Below, piece by piece: positions 26,301 to 39,300 of a stretch of 64,000 nucleotides of DNA (positions are counted from its first letter, which is position 1; the number at the start of each line of letters is the position of its first letter). This DNA is from the human T2T-CHM13v2.0 reference genome, Homo sapiens: the NCBI RefSeq assembly GCF_009914755.1, contig NC_060944.1; one strand, written 5' to 3'. A program made the translations under genes and the position numbers. The notes under the pieces were generated by a model, which saw only the letters and a list, made by a program, of their open reading frames with translations, made no database searches and had not been told where the DNA came from.

Positions 26301-29300
26301 GGACATTTGGAGCGCTTTCAGGTCTACGGTGAAAAAGGAGATATCTTCCAATAAAAACTAGATAGAAGCAATGTCAGAACTTTTTTCATGATGTATCTAC
26401 TCAGCAAACAGAGTTGAACCTTTCTTTTGAGAGAGCAGTTTTGAAACACTCTTTTTGTGGAATATGCAAGTGGGTATTAGGCCAGCTTGGAGGATTTCGT
26501 TGGAAACGGGAATACGTATAAAAAGCAGACAGCAGCATTGTCAGAAACTACTTTGTGATGTTTGCATTCAAGTCACAGAATTGAACACTCCCTTTCACAG
26601 AGCAGGTTTGAAACACTCTTTTTGTAGTGTCGGTAAGTGAACATTTGGATTGCTTTCAGGCCTAAGGTGAAAAAGGAAATATCTTCCCATAAAAACTAGA
26701 CAGAAGCATTCTCAGAAACTTGTTTGTGATGTGTGTCCTCTACTGACAGAGTTGAACCTTTCTTTGCAAAGAGCAGTTTTGAAACACTCTTTTTGTAGAA
26801 TCTGCAAGAGGATATTTGGATAGCTTTGAGGATTTCTTGGGAAACGGGAATGTCTTCAGATAAACTCTAGACAGAAGCATTCTCAGAAACTTCTTTGGGA
26901 TGTTTCAATTGAAGTCACAGTGTTGAACATTCCCTTTCACAGAGCAGGTTTGAAACACTCTTTTTGTAGTGTCTATAAGTGAACATTTGGCGTGCTTTCA
27001 GGCCTAACGTGAAAAAGGAAATATCTTCCCATAAAAACTAGACAGAAGCATTCTCAGAAACTTGTTCGTGATGTGTGCCCTCTACTGACAGAGTTGAACC
27101 TTTCTTTGCAAAGAGCAGCTTTGAAACACTCTTTTTGTAGAATCTGCAAGAGGATATTTGGATAGCTTGCAGGATTTCGTTGGAAACGGGTATGTCTTCA
27201 GATAAACTCTAGACAGAAGCATTCTCAGAAACTTCTTTGGGATGTTGCATTCAAGTCACAGAGTAGAACATTCCCATTCATAGAGCAGATTTGAAACACT
27301 CTTTTTGTAGTATCTGGAAGTGGACATTTGGAGCGCTTTCAGGCCTATGTTGAAAAAGGAAATATCTTCCCATAAAAACTAGACGGAAGCATTCTCAGAA
27401 ACATACTTGTGATGTGTTTGCTCAACTAACAGAATTGAACCATCGTTTTGAAGGAGCAGTTTTGAAACACTGTTTTCGTGGAATCTTCAAGTGGATATTT
27501 GGCTAGCTTTGAGGATTTCGTTGGAAACGGGATTACATATAAAAAGGAGACAGCAGCATTCTCAGAAACTTCTTTGTGATGTCTGCATTCAATTCACAGA
27601 GTTGAGCATTCCCTTTCATAGAGCAGGTTGGAAACACTCTTTTTGTAGTATCTGGATGAGGACATTTGGAGCGCTTTCAGGCCTATGGTGAAAAAGGAAA
27701 TATCTTCCCGTAAAAACTAGACAGAAGCATTCTCAGAAATTTATTTGTGATGTGTGCCCTCAACTAACAGAGTTGAACCTTTCTTTTGATAGAGCAGTTT
27801 TGAAACACTCTTTTTGTAAAATCTGCAAGAGGATATTTGGATAGCTTTGAGGATTTCATTGCAAACGGGAATGGCTTCATATAAACTCTAGACAGAAGCA
27901 TTCTCAGAAACTTCGTTGGGATGTTTCGATTGAAGTCCCAGTGTTGAACATTCCCTTTTATAGAGCAGGTTGGAAACACTCTTTCTGCATTCCCTGGAAG
28001 TGGACATTTGGAGCGCTTTCAGGACGACGGTGAAAATGGAAATATCTTCCAATAAAATCTAGATAGAAGCAACGTCAGAAACTTTTATATGATGGATCTA
28101 CTCAGCTAACAGAGTTGAACCTTTCTTTTGAGAGAGCAGTTTTGCAACAATCTTTTTGTGGAATATGCAAGTGGATATTAGGGCAGCTTTGAGGATTTCG
28201 TTGGAAACGGGAATACATGTAAAAAGCAGACAGCAGCATTCTCAGAAACTTCTTTGTGATGTTTGCATTGAAGTCACAGAGTTGAACATTCCCTTTGAGA
28301 GAGCAGGTTTGAAACACGCCTTTTGTCATATCTGGAAGTGTCCATTCGGAGCGCATTCAGGCTTGTGTTGAAAAAGGAAATATCCTCCCATAAAAACTAG
28401 ACAGAAGCATTCTCAGAAACTTATCTGTGATGTATGTACTCAACTAACAGAACTAAACCATCGTTTTGAAGGAGCAGTTTTGAAACACTCTTTATGCGGA
28501 ATCTGCAAGTGGATATTTGGCTAGCTGGGAGGATTTCGTTGGAAACGGGATTACATACAAAAAGCAGACAGCAGCATTCTCAGAAACTTCTTTGTGATGT
28601 TTGCATTCAAGTCACAGAGTTGAACATTCCCTTTCATAGAGCAGGTTTGAAACACTCTTTTTGTAGTATCTGGATGTGGACATTTGGATCGCTTTCAGGC
28701 CTATGGTGAAAAAGGAAATATCTTCCCATGAAAACTAGACAAAAGCATTCTCAGAAACTTATTTGTGATGTGTGCCCTCAACTGACAGTGTTGAACCTTT
28801 GTTTTGATAGAGCAGTTCTGAAACACACTTTTTGTAAAATCTGCAAGAGGATATTTGGATAGCTTTGAGGATTTCGTTGGAAACGGGAATGTCTTCATGT
28901 AAACTCTAGACAGAAGCATTCTCAGAAATTGCTTTGGGATGTTTCAATTGAAGTCCCAGTGTTGAACATTCCCTTTCATAGAGCAGGTTTGAAACACTCT
29001 TTTTGTACTATCTGGAAGTGGACATTTGGAGCGCTTTCAGGTCTACGGTGAAAAAGGAGATATCTTCCAATAAAAACTAGATAGAAGCAATGTCAGAACT
29101 TTTTTCATGATGTATCTACTCAGCAAACAGAGTTGAACCTTTCTTTTGAGAGAGCAGTTTTGAAACACTCTTTTTGTGGAATATGCAAGTGGGTATTAGG
29201 CCAGCTTGGAGGATTTCGTTGGAAACGGGAATACGTATAAAAAGCAGACAGCAGCATTGTCAGAAACTACTTTGTGATGTTTGCATTCAAGTCACAGAAT

Positions 29301-32300
29301 TGAACACTCCCTTTCACAGAGCAGGTTTGAAACACTCTTTTTGTAGTGTCTGTAAGTGAACATTTGGATTGCTTTCAGGCCTAAGGTGAAAAAGGAAATA
29401 TCTTCCCATAAAAACTAGACAGAAGCATTCTCAGAAACTTGTTTGTGATGTGTGTCCTCTACTGACAGAGTTGAACCTTTCTTTGCAAAGAGCAGTTTTG
29501 AAACACTCTTTTTGTAGAATCTGCAAGAGGATATTTGGATAGCTTTGAGGATTTCTTGGGAAACGGGAATGTCTTCAGATAAACTCTAGACAGAAGCATT
29601 CTCAGAAACTTCTTTGGGATGTTTCAATTGAAGTCACAGTGTTGAACATTCCCTTTCACAGAGCAGGTTTGAAACACTCTTTTTGTAGTGTCTATAAGTG
29701 AACATTTGGCGTGCTTTCAGGCCTAACGTGAAAAAGGAAATATCTTCCCATAAAAACTAGACAGAAGCATTCTCAGAAACTTGTTCGTGATGTGTGCCCT
29801 CTACTGACAGAGTTGAACCTTTCTTTGCAAAGAGCAGCTTTGAAACACTCTTTTTGTAGAATCTGCAAGAGGATATTTGGATAGCTTGGAGGATTTCGTT
29901 GGAAACGGGTATGTCTTCAGATAAACTCTAGACAGAAGCATTCTCAGAAACTTCTTTGGGATGTTGCATTCAAGTCACAGAGTAGAACATTCCCATTCAT
30001 AGAGCAGATTTGAAACACTCTTTTTGTAGTATCTGGAAGTGGACATTTGGAGCGCTTTCAGGCCTATGTTGAAAAAGGAAATATCTTCCCATAAAAACTA
30101 GACGGAAGCATTCTCAGAAACTTACTTGTGATGTGTTTGCTCAACTAACAGAATTGAACCATCGTTTTGAAGGAGCAGTTTTGAAACACTGTTTTCGTGG
30201 AATCTGCAAGTGGATATTTGGCTAGCTTTGAGGATTTCGTTGGAAACGGGATTACATATAAAAAGGAGACAGCAGCATTCTCAGAAACTTCTTTGTGATG
30301 TCTGCATTCAATTCACAGAGTTGAGCATTCCCTTTCATAGAGCAGGTTGGAAACACTCTTTTTGTAGTATCTGGATGAGGACATTTGGAGCGCTTTCAGG
30401 CCTATGGTGAAAAAGGAAATATCTTCCCGTAAAAACTAGACAGAAGCATTCTCAGAAATTTATTTGTGATGTGTGCCCTCAACTAACAGAGTTGAACCTT
30501 TCTTTTGATAGAGCAGTTTTGAAACACTCTTTTTGTAAAATCTGCAAGAGGATATTTGGATAGCTTTGAGGATTTCATTGCAAACGGGAATGGTTTCATA
30601 TAAACTCTAGACAGAAGCATTCTCAGAAACTTCGTTGGGATGTTTCGATTGAAGTCCCAGTGTTGAACATTCCCTTTTATAGAGCAGGTTGGAAACACTC
30701 TTTCTGCATTCCCTGGAAGTGGACATTTGGAGCGCTTTCAGGACGACGGTGAAAATGGAAATATCTTCCAATAAAATCTAGATAGAAGCAACGTCAGAAA
30801 CTTTTATATGATGGATCTACTCAGCTAACAGAGTTGAACCTTTCTTTTGAGAGAGCAGTTTTGCAACACTCTTTTTGTGGAATATGCAAGTGGATATTAG
30901 GGCAGCTTTGAGGATTTCGTTGGAAACGGGAATACATGTAAAAAGCAGACAGCAGCATTCTCAGAAACTTCTTTGTGATGTTTGCATTGAAGTCACAGAG
31001 TTGAACATTCCCTTTGAGAGAGCAGGTTTGAAACACGCCTTTTGTCATATCTGGAAGTGTCCATTCGGAGCGCATTCAGGCTTGTGTTGAAAAAGGAAAT
31101 ATCCTCCCAGAAAAACTAGACAGAAGCATTCTCAGAAACTTATCTGTGATGTATGTACTCAACTAACAGAACTAAACCATCGTTTTGAAGGAGCAGTTTT
31201 GAAACACTCTTTTTGCGGAATCTGCAAGTGGATATTTGGCTAGCTGGGAGGATTTCGTTGGAAACGGGATTACATACAAAAAGCAGACAGCAGCATTCTC
31301 AGAAACTTCTTTGTGATGTTTGAATTCAAGTCACAGAGTTGAACACTCCCTTTCATAGAGCAGGTTTGAAACACTCTTTTTGTAGTATCTGGATGTGGAC
31401 ATTTGGATCGCTTTCAGGCCTATGGTGAAAAAGGAAATATCTTCCCATGAAAACTAGACAGAAGCATTCTCAGAAACTTATTTGTGATGTGTGCCCTCAA
31501 CTGACAGTGTTGAACCTTTGTTTTGATAGAGCAGTTCTGAAACACACTTTTTGTAAAATCTGCAAGAGGATATTTGGATAGCTTTGAGGATTTCGTTGGA
31601 AACGGGAATGTCTTCATGTAAACTCTAGACAGAAGCATTCTCAGAAACTGCTTTGGGATGTTTCAATTGAAGTCCCAGTGTTGAACATTCCCTTTCATAG
31701 AGCAGGTTTGAAACACTCTTTTTGTACTATCTGGAAGTGGACATTTGGAGCGCTTTCAGGTCTACGGTGAAAAAGGAGATATCTTCCAATAAAAACTAGA
31801 TAGAAGCAATGTCAGAACTTTTTTCATGATGTATCTACTCAGCAAACAGAGTTGAACCTTTCTTTTGAGAGAGCAGTTTTGAAACACTCTTTTTGTGGAA
31901 TATGCAAGTGGGTATTAGGCCAGCTTGGAGGATTTCGTTGGAAACGGGAATACGTATAAAAAGCAGACAGCAGCATTGTCAGAAACTACTTTGTGATGTT
32001 TGCATTCAAGTCACAGAATTGAACACTCCCTTTCACAGAGCAGGTTTGAAACACTCTTTTTGTAGTGTCTGTAAGTGAACATTTGGATTGCTTTCAGGCC
32101 TAAGGTGAAAAAGGAAATATCTTCCCATAAAAACTAGACAGAAGCATTCTCAGAAACTTGTTTGTGATGTGTGTCCTCTACTGACAGAGTTGAACCTTTC
32201 TTTGCAAAGAGCAGTTTTGAAACACTCTTTTTGTAGAATCTGCAAGAGGATATTTGGATAGCTTTGAGGATTTCTTGGGAAACGGGAATGTCTTCAGATA

Positions 32301-35300
32301 AACTCTAGACAGAAGCATTCTCAGAAACTTCTTTGGGATGTTTCAATTGAAGTCACAGTGTTGAACATTCCCTTTCACAGAGCAGGTTTGAAACACTCTT
32401 TTTGTAGTGTCTATAAGTGAACATTTGGCGTGCTTTCAGGCCTAACGTGAAAAAGGAAATATCTTCCCATAAAAACTAGACAGAAGCATTCTCAGAAACT
32501 TGTTCATGATGTGTGCCCTCTACTGACAGAGTTGAAACTTTCTTTGCAAAGAGCAGCTTTGAAACACTCTTTTTGTAGAATCTGCAAGAGGATATTTGGA
32601 TAGCTTGGAGGATTTCGTTGGAAACGGGTATGTCTTCAGATAAACTCTAGACAGAAGCATTCTCAGAAACTTCTTTGGGATGTTGCATTCAAGTCACAGA
32701 GTAGAACATTCCCATTCATAGAGCAGATTTGAAACACTCTTTTTGTAGTATCTGGAAGTGGACATTTGGAGCGCTTTCAGGCCTATGTTGAAAAAGGAAA
32801 TATCTTCCCATAAAAACTAGACGGAAGCATTCTCAGAAACTTACTTGTGATGTGTTTGCTCAACTAACAGAATTGAACCATCGTTTTGAAGGAGCAGTTT
32901 TGAAACACTGTTTTCGTGGAATCTGCAAGTGGATATTTGGCTAGCTTTGAGGATTTCGTTGGAAACGGGATTACATATAAAAAGGAGACAGCAGCATTCT
33001 CAGAAACTTCTTTGTGATGTCTGCATTCAATTCACAGAGTTGAGCATTCCCTTTCATAGAGCAGGTTGGAAACACTCTTTTTGTAGTATCTGGATGAGGA
33101 CATTTGGAGCGCTTTCAGGCCTATGGTGAAAAAGGAAATATCTTCCCGTAAAAACTAGACAGAAGCATTCTCAGAAATTTATTTGTGATGTGTGCCCTCA
33201 ACTAACAGAGTTGAACCTTTCTTTTGATAGAGCAGTTTTGAAACACTCTTTTTGTAAAATCTGCAAGAGGATATTTGGATAGCTTTGAGGATTTCATTGC
33301 AAACGGGAATGGCTTCATATAAACTCTAGACAGAAGCATTCTCAGAAACTTCGTTGGGATGTTTCGATTGAAGTCCCAGTGTTGAACATTCCCTTTTATA
33401 GAGCAGGTTGGAAACACTCTTTCTGCATTCCCTGGAAGTGGACATTTGGAGCGCTTTCAGGACGACGGTGAAAATGGAAATATCTTCCAATAAAATCTAG
33501 ATAGAAGCAACGTCAGAAACTTTTATATGATGGATCTACTCAGCTAACAGAGTTGAACCTTTCTTTTGAGAGAGCAGTTTTGCAACACTCTTTTTGTGGA
33601 ATATGCAAGTGGATATTAGGGCAGCTTTGAGGATTTCGTTGGAAACGGGAATACATGTAAAAAGCAGACAGCAGCATTCTCAGAAACTTCTTTGTGATGT
33701 TTGCATTGAAGTCACAGAGTTGAACATTCCCTTTGAGAGAGCAGGTTTGAAACACGCCTTTTGTCATATCTGGAAGTGTCCATTCGGAGCGCATTCAGGC
33801 TTGTGTTGAAAAAGGAAATATCCTCCCAGAAAAACTAGACAGAAGCATTCTCAGAAACTTATCTGTGATGTATGTACTCAACTAACAGAACTAAACCATC
33901 GTTTTGAAGGAGCAGTTTTGAAACACTTTTTTTGCGGAATCTGCAAGTGGATATTTGGCTAGCTGGGAGGATTTCGTTGGAAACGGGATTACATACAAAA
34001 AGCAGACAGCAGCATTCTCAGAAACTTCTTTGTGATGTTTGAATTCAAGTCACAGAGTTGAACACTCCCTTTCATAGAGCAGGTTTGAAACACTCTTTTT
34101 GTAGTATCTGGATGTGGACATTTGGATCGCTTTCAGGCCTATGGTGAAAAAGGAAATATCTTCCCATGAAAACTAGACAGAAGCATTCTCAGAAACTTAT
34201 TTGTGATGTGTGCCCTCAACTGACAGTGTTGAACCTTTGTTTTGATAGAGCAGTTCTGAAACACACTTTTTGTAAAATCTGCAAGAGGATATTTGGATAG
34301 CTTTGAGGATTTCGTTGGAAACGGGAATGTCTTCATGTAAACTCTAGACAGAAGCATTCTCAGAAACTGCTTTGGGATGTTTCAATTGAAGTCCCAGTGT
34401 TGAACATTCCCTTTCATAGAGCAGGTTTGAAACACTCTTTTTGTACTATCTGGAAGTGGACATTTGGAGCGCTTTCAGGTCTACGGTGAAAAAGGAGATA
34501 TCTTCCAATAAAAACTAGATAGAAGCAATGTCAGAACTTTTTTCATGATGTATCTACTCAGCAAACAGAGTTGAACCTTTCTTTTGAGAGAGCAGTTTTG
34601 AAACACTCTTTTTGTGGAATATGCAAGTGGGTATTAGGCCAGCTTGGAGGATTTCGTTGGAAACGGGAATACGTATAAAAAGCAGACAGCAGCATTGTCA
34701 GAAACTACTTTGTGATGTTTGCATTCAAGTCACAGAATTGAACACTCCCTTTCACAGAGCAGGTTTGAAACACTCTTTTTGTAGTGTCTGTAAGTGAACA
34801 TTTGGATTGCTTTCAGGCCTAAGGTGAAAAAGGAAATATCTTCCCATAAAAACTAGACAGAAGCATTCTCAGAAACTTGTTTGTGATGTGTGTCCTCTAC
34901 TGACAGAGTTGAACCTTTCTTTGCAAAGAGCAGTTTTGAAACACTCTTTTTGTAGAATCTGCAAGAGGATATTTGGATAGCTTTGAGGATTTCTTGGGAA
35001 ACGGGAATGTCTTCAGATAAACTCTAGACAGAAGCATTCTCAGAAACTTCTTTGGGATGTTTCAATTGAAGTCACAGTGTTGAACATTCCCTTTCACAGA
35101 GCAGGTTTGAAACACTCTTTTTGTAGTGTCTATAAGTGAACATTTGGCGTGCTTTCAGGCCTAACGTGAAAAAGGAAATATCTTCCCATAAAAACTAGAC
35201 AGAAGCATTCTCAGAAACTTGTTCGTGATGTGTGCCCTCTACTGACAGAGTTGAACCTTTCTTTGCAAAGAGCAGCTTTGAAACACTCTTTTTGTAGAAT

Positions 35301-36307
35301 CTGCAAGAGGATATTTGGATAGCTTGCAGGATTTCGTTGGAAACGGGTATGTCTTCAGATAAACTCTAGACAGAAGCATTCTCAGAAACTTCTTTGGGAT
35401 GTTGCATTCAAGTCACAGAGTAGAACATTCCCATTCATAGAGCAGATTTGAAACACTCTTTTTGTAGTATCTGGAAGTGGACATTTGGAGCGCTTTCAGG
35501 CCTATGTTGAAAAAGGAAATATCTTCCCATAAAAACTAGACGGAAGCATTCTCAGAAACATACTTGTGATGTGTTTGCTCAACTAACAGAATTGAACCAT
35601 CGTTTTGAAGGAGCAGTTTTGAAACACTGTTTTCGTGGAATCTTCAAGTGGATATTTGGCTAGCTTTGAGGATTTCGTTGGAAACGGGATTACATATAAA
35701 AAGGAGACAGCAGCATTCTCAGAAACTTCTTTGTGATGTCTGCATTCAATTCACAGAGTTGAGCATTCCCTTTCATAGAGCAGGTTGGAAACACTCTTTT
35801 TGTAGTATCTGGATGAGGACATTTGGAGCGCTTTCAGGCCTATGGTGAAAAAGGAAATATCTTCCCGTAAAAACTAGACAGAAGCATTCTCAGAAATTTA
35901 TTTGTGATGTGTGCCCTCAACTAACAGAGTTGAACCTTTCTTTTGATAGAGCAGTTTTGAAACACTCTTTTTGTAAAATCTGCAAGAGGATATTTGGATA
36001 GCTTTGAGGATTTCATTGCAAACGGGAATGGCTTCATATAAACTCTAGACAGAAGCATTCTCAGAAACTTCGTTGGGATGTTTCGATTGAAGTCCCAGTG
36101 TTGAACATTCCCTTTTATAGAGCAGGTTGGAAACACTCTTTCTGCATTCCCTGGAAGTGGACATTTGGAGCGCTTTCAGGACGACGGTGAAAATGGAAAT
36201 ATCTTCCAATAAAATCTAGATAGAAGCAACGTCAGAAACTTTTATATGATGGATCTACTCAGCTAACAGAGTTGAACCTTTCTTTTGAGAGAGCAGTTTT
36301 GCAACAA
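20337..36307 (+). repeat. Recent tandem duplication of a 3-HOR block (period 8157 bp); minimal extent
   Basis: Private variants pair at exactly +8157: 20337/28494, 20585/28742, 22437/30594, 24349/32506, 24380/32537, 25771/33928, 27170/35327, 27403/35560, 27487/35644, 28150/36307. Confidence 0.92.
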
Positions 36308-39300
36308 TCTTTTTGTGGAATATGCAAGTGGATATTAGGGCAGCTTTGAGGATTTCGTTGGAAACGGGAATACATGTAAAAAGCAGACAGCAGCATTCTC
36401 AGAAACTTCTTTGTGATGTTTGCATTGAAGTCACAGAGTTGAACATTCCCTTTGAGAGAGCAGGTTTGAAACACGCCTTTTGTCATATCTGGAAGTGTCC
36501 ATTCGGAGCGCATTCAGGCTTGTGTTGAAAAAGGAAATATCCTCCCATAAAAACTAGACAGAAGCATTCTCAGAAACTTATCTGTGATGTATGTACTCAA
36601 CTAACAGAACTAAACCATCGTTTTGAAGGAGCAGTTTTGAAACACTCTTTTTGCGGAATCTGCAAGTGGATATTTGGCTAGCTGGGAGGATTTCGTTGGA
36701 AACGGGATTACATACAAAAAGCAGACAGCAGCATTCTCAGAAACTTCTTTGTGATGTTTGAATTCAAGTCACAGAGTTGAACACTCCCTTTCATAGAGCA
36801 GGTTTGAAACACTCTTTTTGTAGTATCTGGATGTGGACATTTGGATCGCTTTCAGGCCTATGGTGAAAAAGGAAATATCTTCCCATGAAAACTAGACAGA
36901 AGCATTCTCAGAAACTTATTTGTGATGTGTGCCCTCAACTGACAGTGTTGAACCTTTGTTTTGATAGAGCAGTTCTGAAACACACTTTTTGTAAAATCTG
37001 CAAGAGGATATTTGGATAGCTTTGAGGATTTCGTTGGAAACGGGAATGTCTTCATGTAAACTCTAGACAGAAGCATTCTCAGAAACTGCTTTGGGATGTT
37101 TCAATTGAAGTCCCAGTGTTGAACATTCCCTTTCATAGAGCAGGTTTGAAACACTCTTTTTGTACTATCTGGAAGTGGACATTTGGAGCGCTTTCAGGTC
37201 TACGGTGAAAAAGGAGATATCTTCCAATAAAAACTAGATAGAAGCAATGTCAGAACTTTTTTCATGATGTATCTACTCAGCAAACAGAGTTGAACCTTTC
37301 TTTTGAGAGAGCAGTTTTGAAACACTCTTTTTGTGGAATATGCAAGTGGGTATTAGGCCAGCTTGGAGGATTTCGTTGGAAACGGGAATACGTATAAAAA
37401 GCAGACAGCAGCATTGTCAGAAACTACTTTGTGATGTTTGCATTCAAGTCACAGAATTGAACACTCCCTTTCACAGAGCAGGTTTGAAACACTCTTTTTG
37501 TAGTGTCTGTAAGTGAACATTTGGATTGCTTTCAGGCCTAAGGTGAAAAAGGAAATATCTTCCCATAAAAACTAGACAGAAGCATTCTCAGAAACTTGTT
37601 TGTGATGTGTGTCCTCTACTGACAGAGTTGAACCTTTCTTTGCAAAGAGCAGTTTTGAAACACTCTTTTTGTAGAATCTGCAAGAGGATATTTGGATAGC
37701 TTTGAGGATTTCTTGGGAAACGGGAATGTCTTCAGATAAACTCTAGACAGAAGCATTCTCAGAAACTTCTTTGGGATGTTTCAATAAAAGTCACAGTGTT
37801 GAACATTCCCTTTCACAGAGCAGGTTTGAAACACTCTTTTTGTAGTGTCTATAAGTGAACATTTGGCGTGCTTTCAGGCCTAACGTGAAAAAGGAAATAT
37901 CTTCCCATAAAAACTAGACAGAAGCATTCTCAGAAACTTGTTCGTGATGTGTGCCCTCTACTGACAGAGTTGAACCTTTCTTTGCAAAGAGCAGCTTTGA
38001 AACACTCTTTTTGTAGAATCTGCAAGAGGATATTTGGATAGCTTGGAGGATTTCGTTGGAAACGGGTATGTCTTCAGATAAACTCTAGACAGAAGCATTC
38101 TCAGAAACTTCTTTGGGATGTTGCATTCAAGTCACAGAGTAGAACATTCCCATTCATAGAGCAGATTTGAAACACTCTTTTTGTAGTATCTGGAAGTGGA
38201 CATTTGGAGCGCTTTCAGGCCTATGTTGAAAAAGGAAATATCTTCCCATAAAAACTAGACGGAAGCATTCTCAGAAACTTACTTGTGATGTGTTTGCTCA
38301 ACTAACAGAATTGAACCATCGTTTTGAAGGAGCAGTTTTGAAACACTGTTTTCGTGGAATCTGCAAGTGGATATTTGGCTAGCTTTGAGGATTTCGTTGG
38401 AAACGGGATTACATATAAAAAGGAGACAGCAGCATTCTCAGAAACTTCTTTGTGATGTCTGCATTCAATTCACAGAGTTGAGCATTCCCTTTCATAGAGC
38501 AGGTTGGAAACACTCTTTTTGTAGTATCTGGATGAGGACATTTGGAGCGCTTTCAGGCCTATGGTGAAAAAGGAAATATCTTCCCGTAAAAACTAGACAG
38601 AAGCATTCTCAGAAATTTATTTGTGATGTGTGCCCTCAACTAACAGAGTTGAACCTTTCTTTTGATAGAGCAGTTTTGAAACACTCTTTTTGTAAAATCT
38701 GCAAGAGGATATTTGCATAGCTTTGAGGATTTCATTGCAAACAGGAATGGCTTCATATAAACTCTAGACAGAAGCATTCTCAGAAACTTCGTTGGGATGT
38801 TTCGATTGAAGTCCCAGTGTTGAACATTCCCTTTTATAGAGCAGGTTGGAAACACTCTTTCTGCATTCCCTGGAAGTGGACATTTGGAGCGCTTTCAGGA
38901 CGACGGTGAAAATGGAAATATCTTCCAATAAAATCTAGATAGAAGCAACGTCAGAAACTTTTATGTGATGGATCTACTCAGCTAACAGAGTTGAACCTTT
39001 CTTTTGAGAGAGCAGTTTTGCAACACTCTTTTTGTGGAATATGCAAGTGGATATTAGGGCAGCTTTGAGGATTTCGTTGGAAACGGGAATACATGTAAAA
39101 AGCAGACAGCAGCATTCTCAGAAACTTCTTTGTGATGTTTGCATTGAAGTCACAGAGTTGAACATTCCCTTTGAGAGAGCAGGTTTGAAACACGCCTTTT
39201 GTCATATCTGGAAGTGTCCATTCGGAGCGCATTCAGGCTTGTGTTGAAAAAGGAAATATCCTCCCAGAAAAACTAGACAGAAGCATTCTCAGAAACTTCT

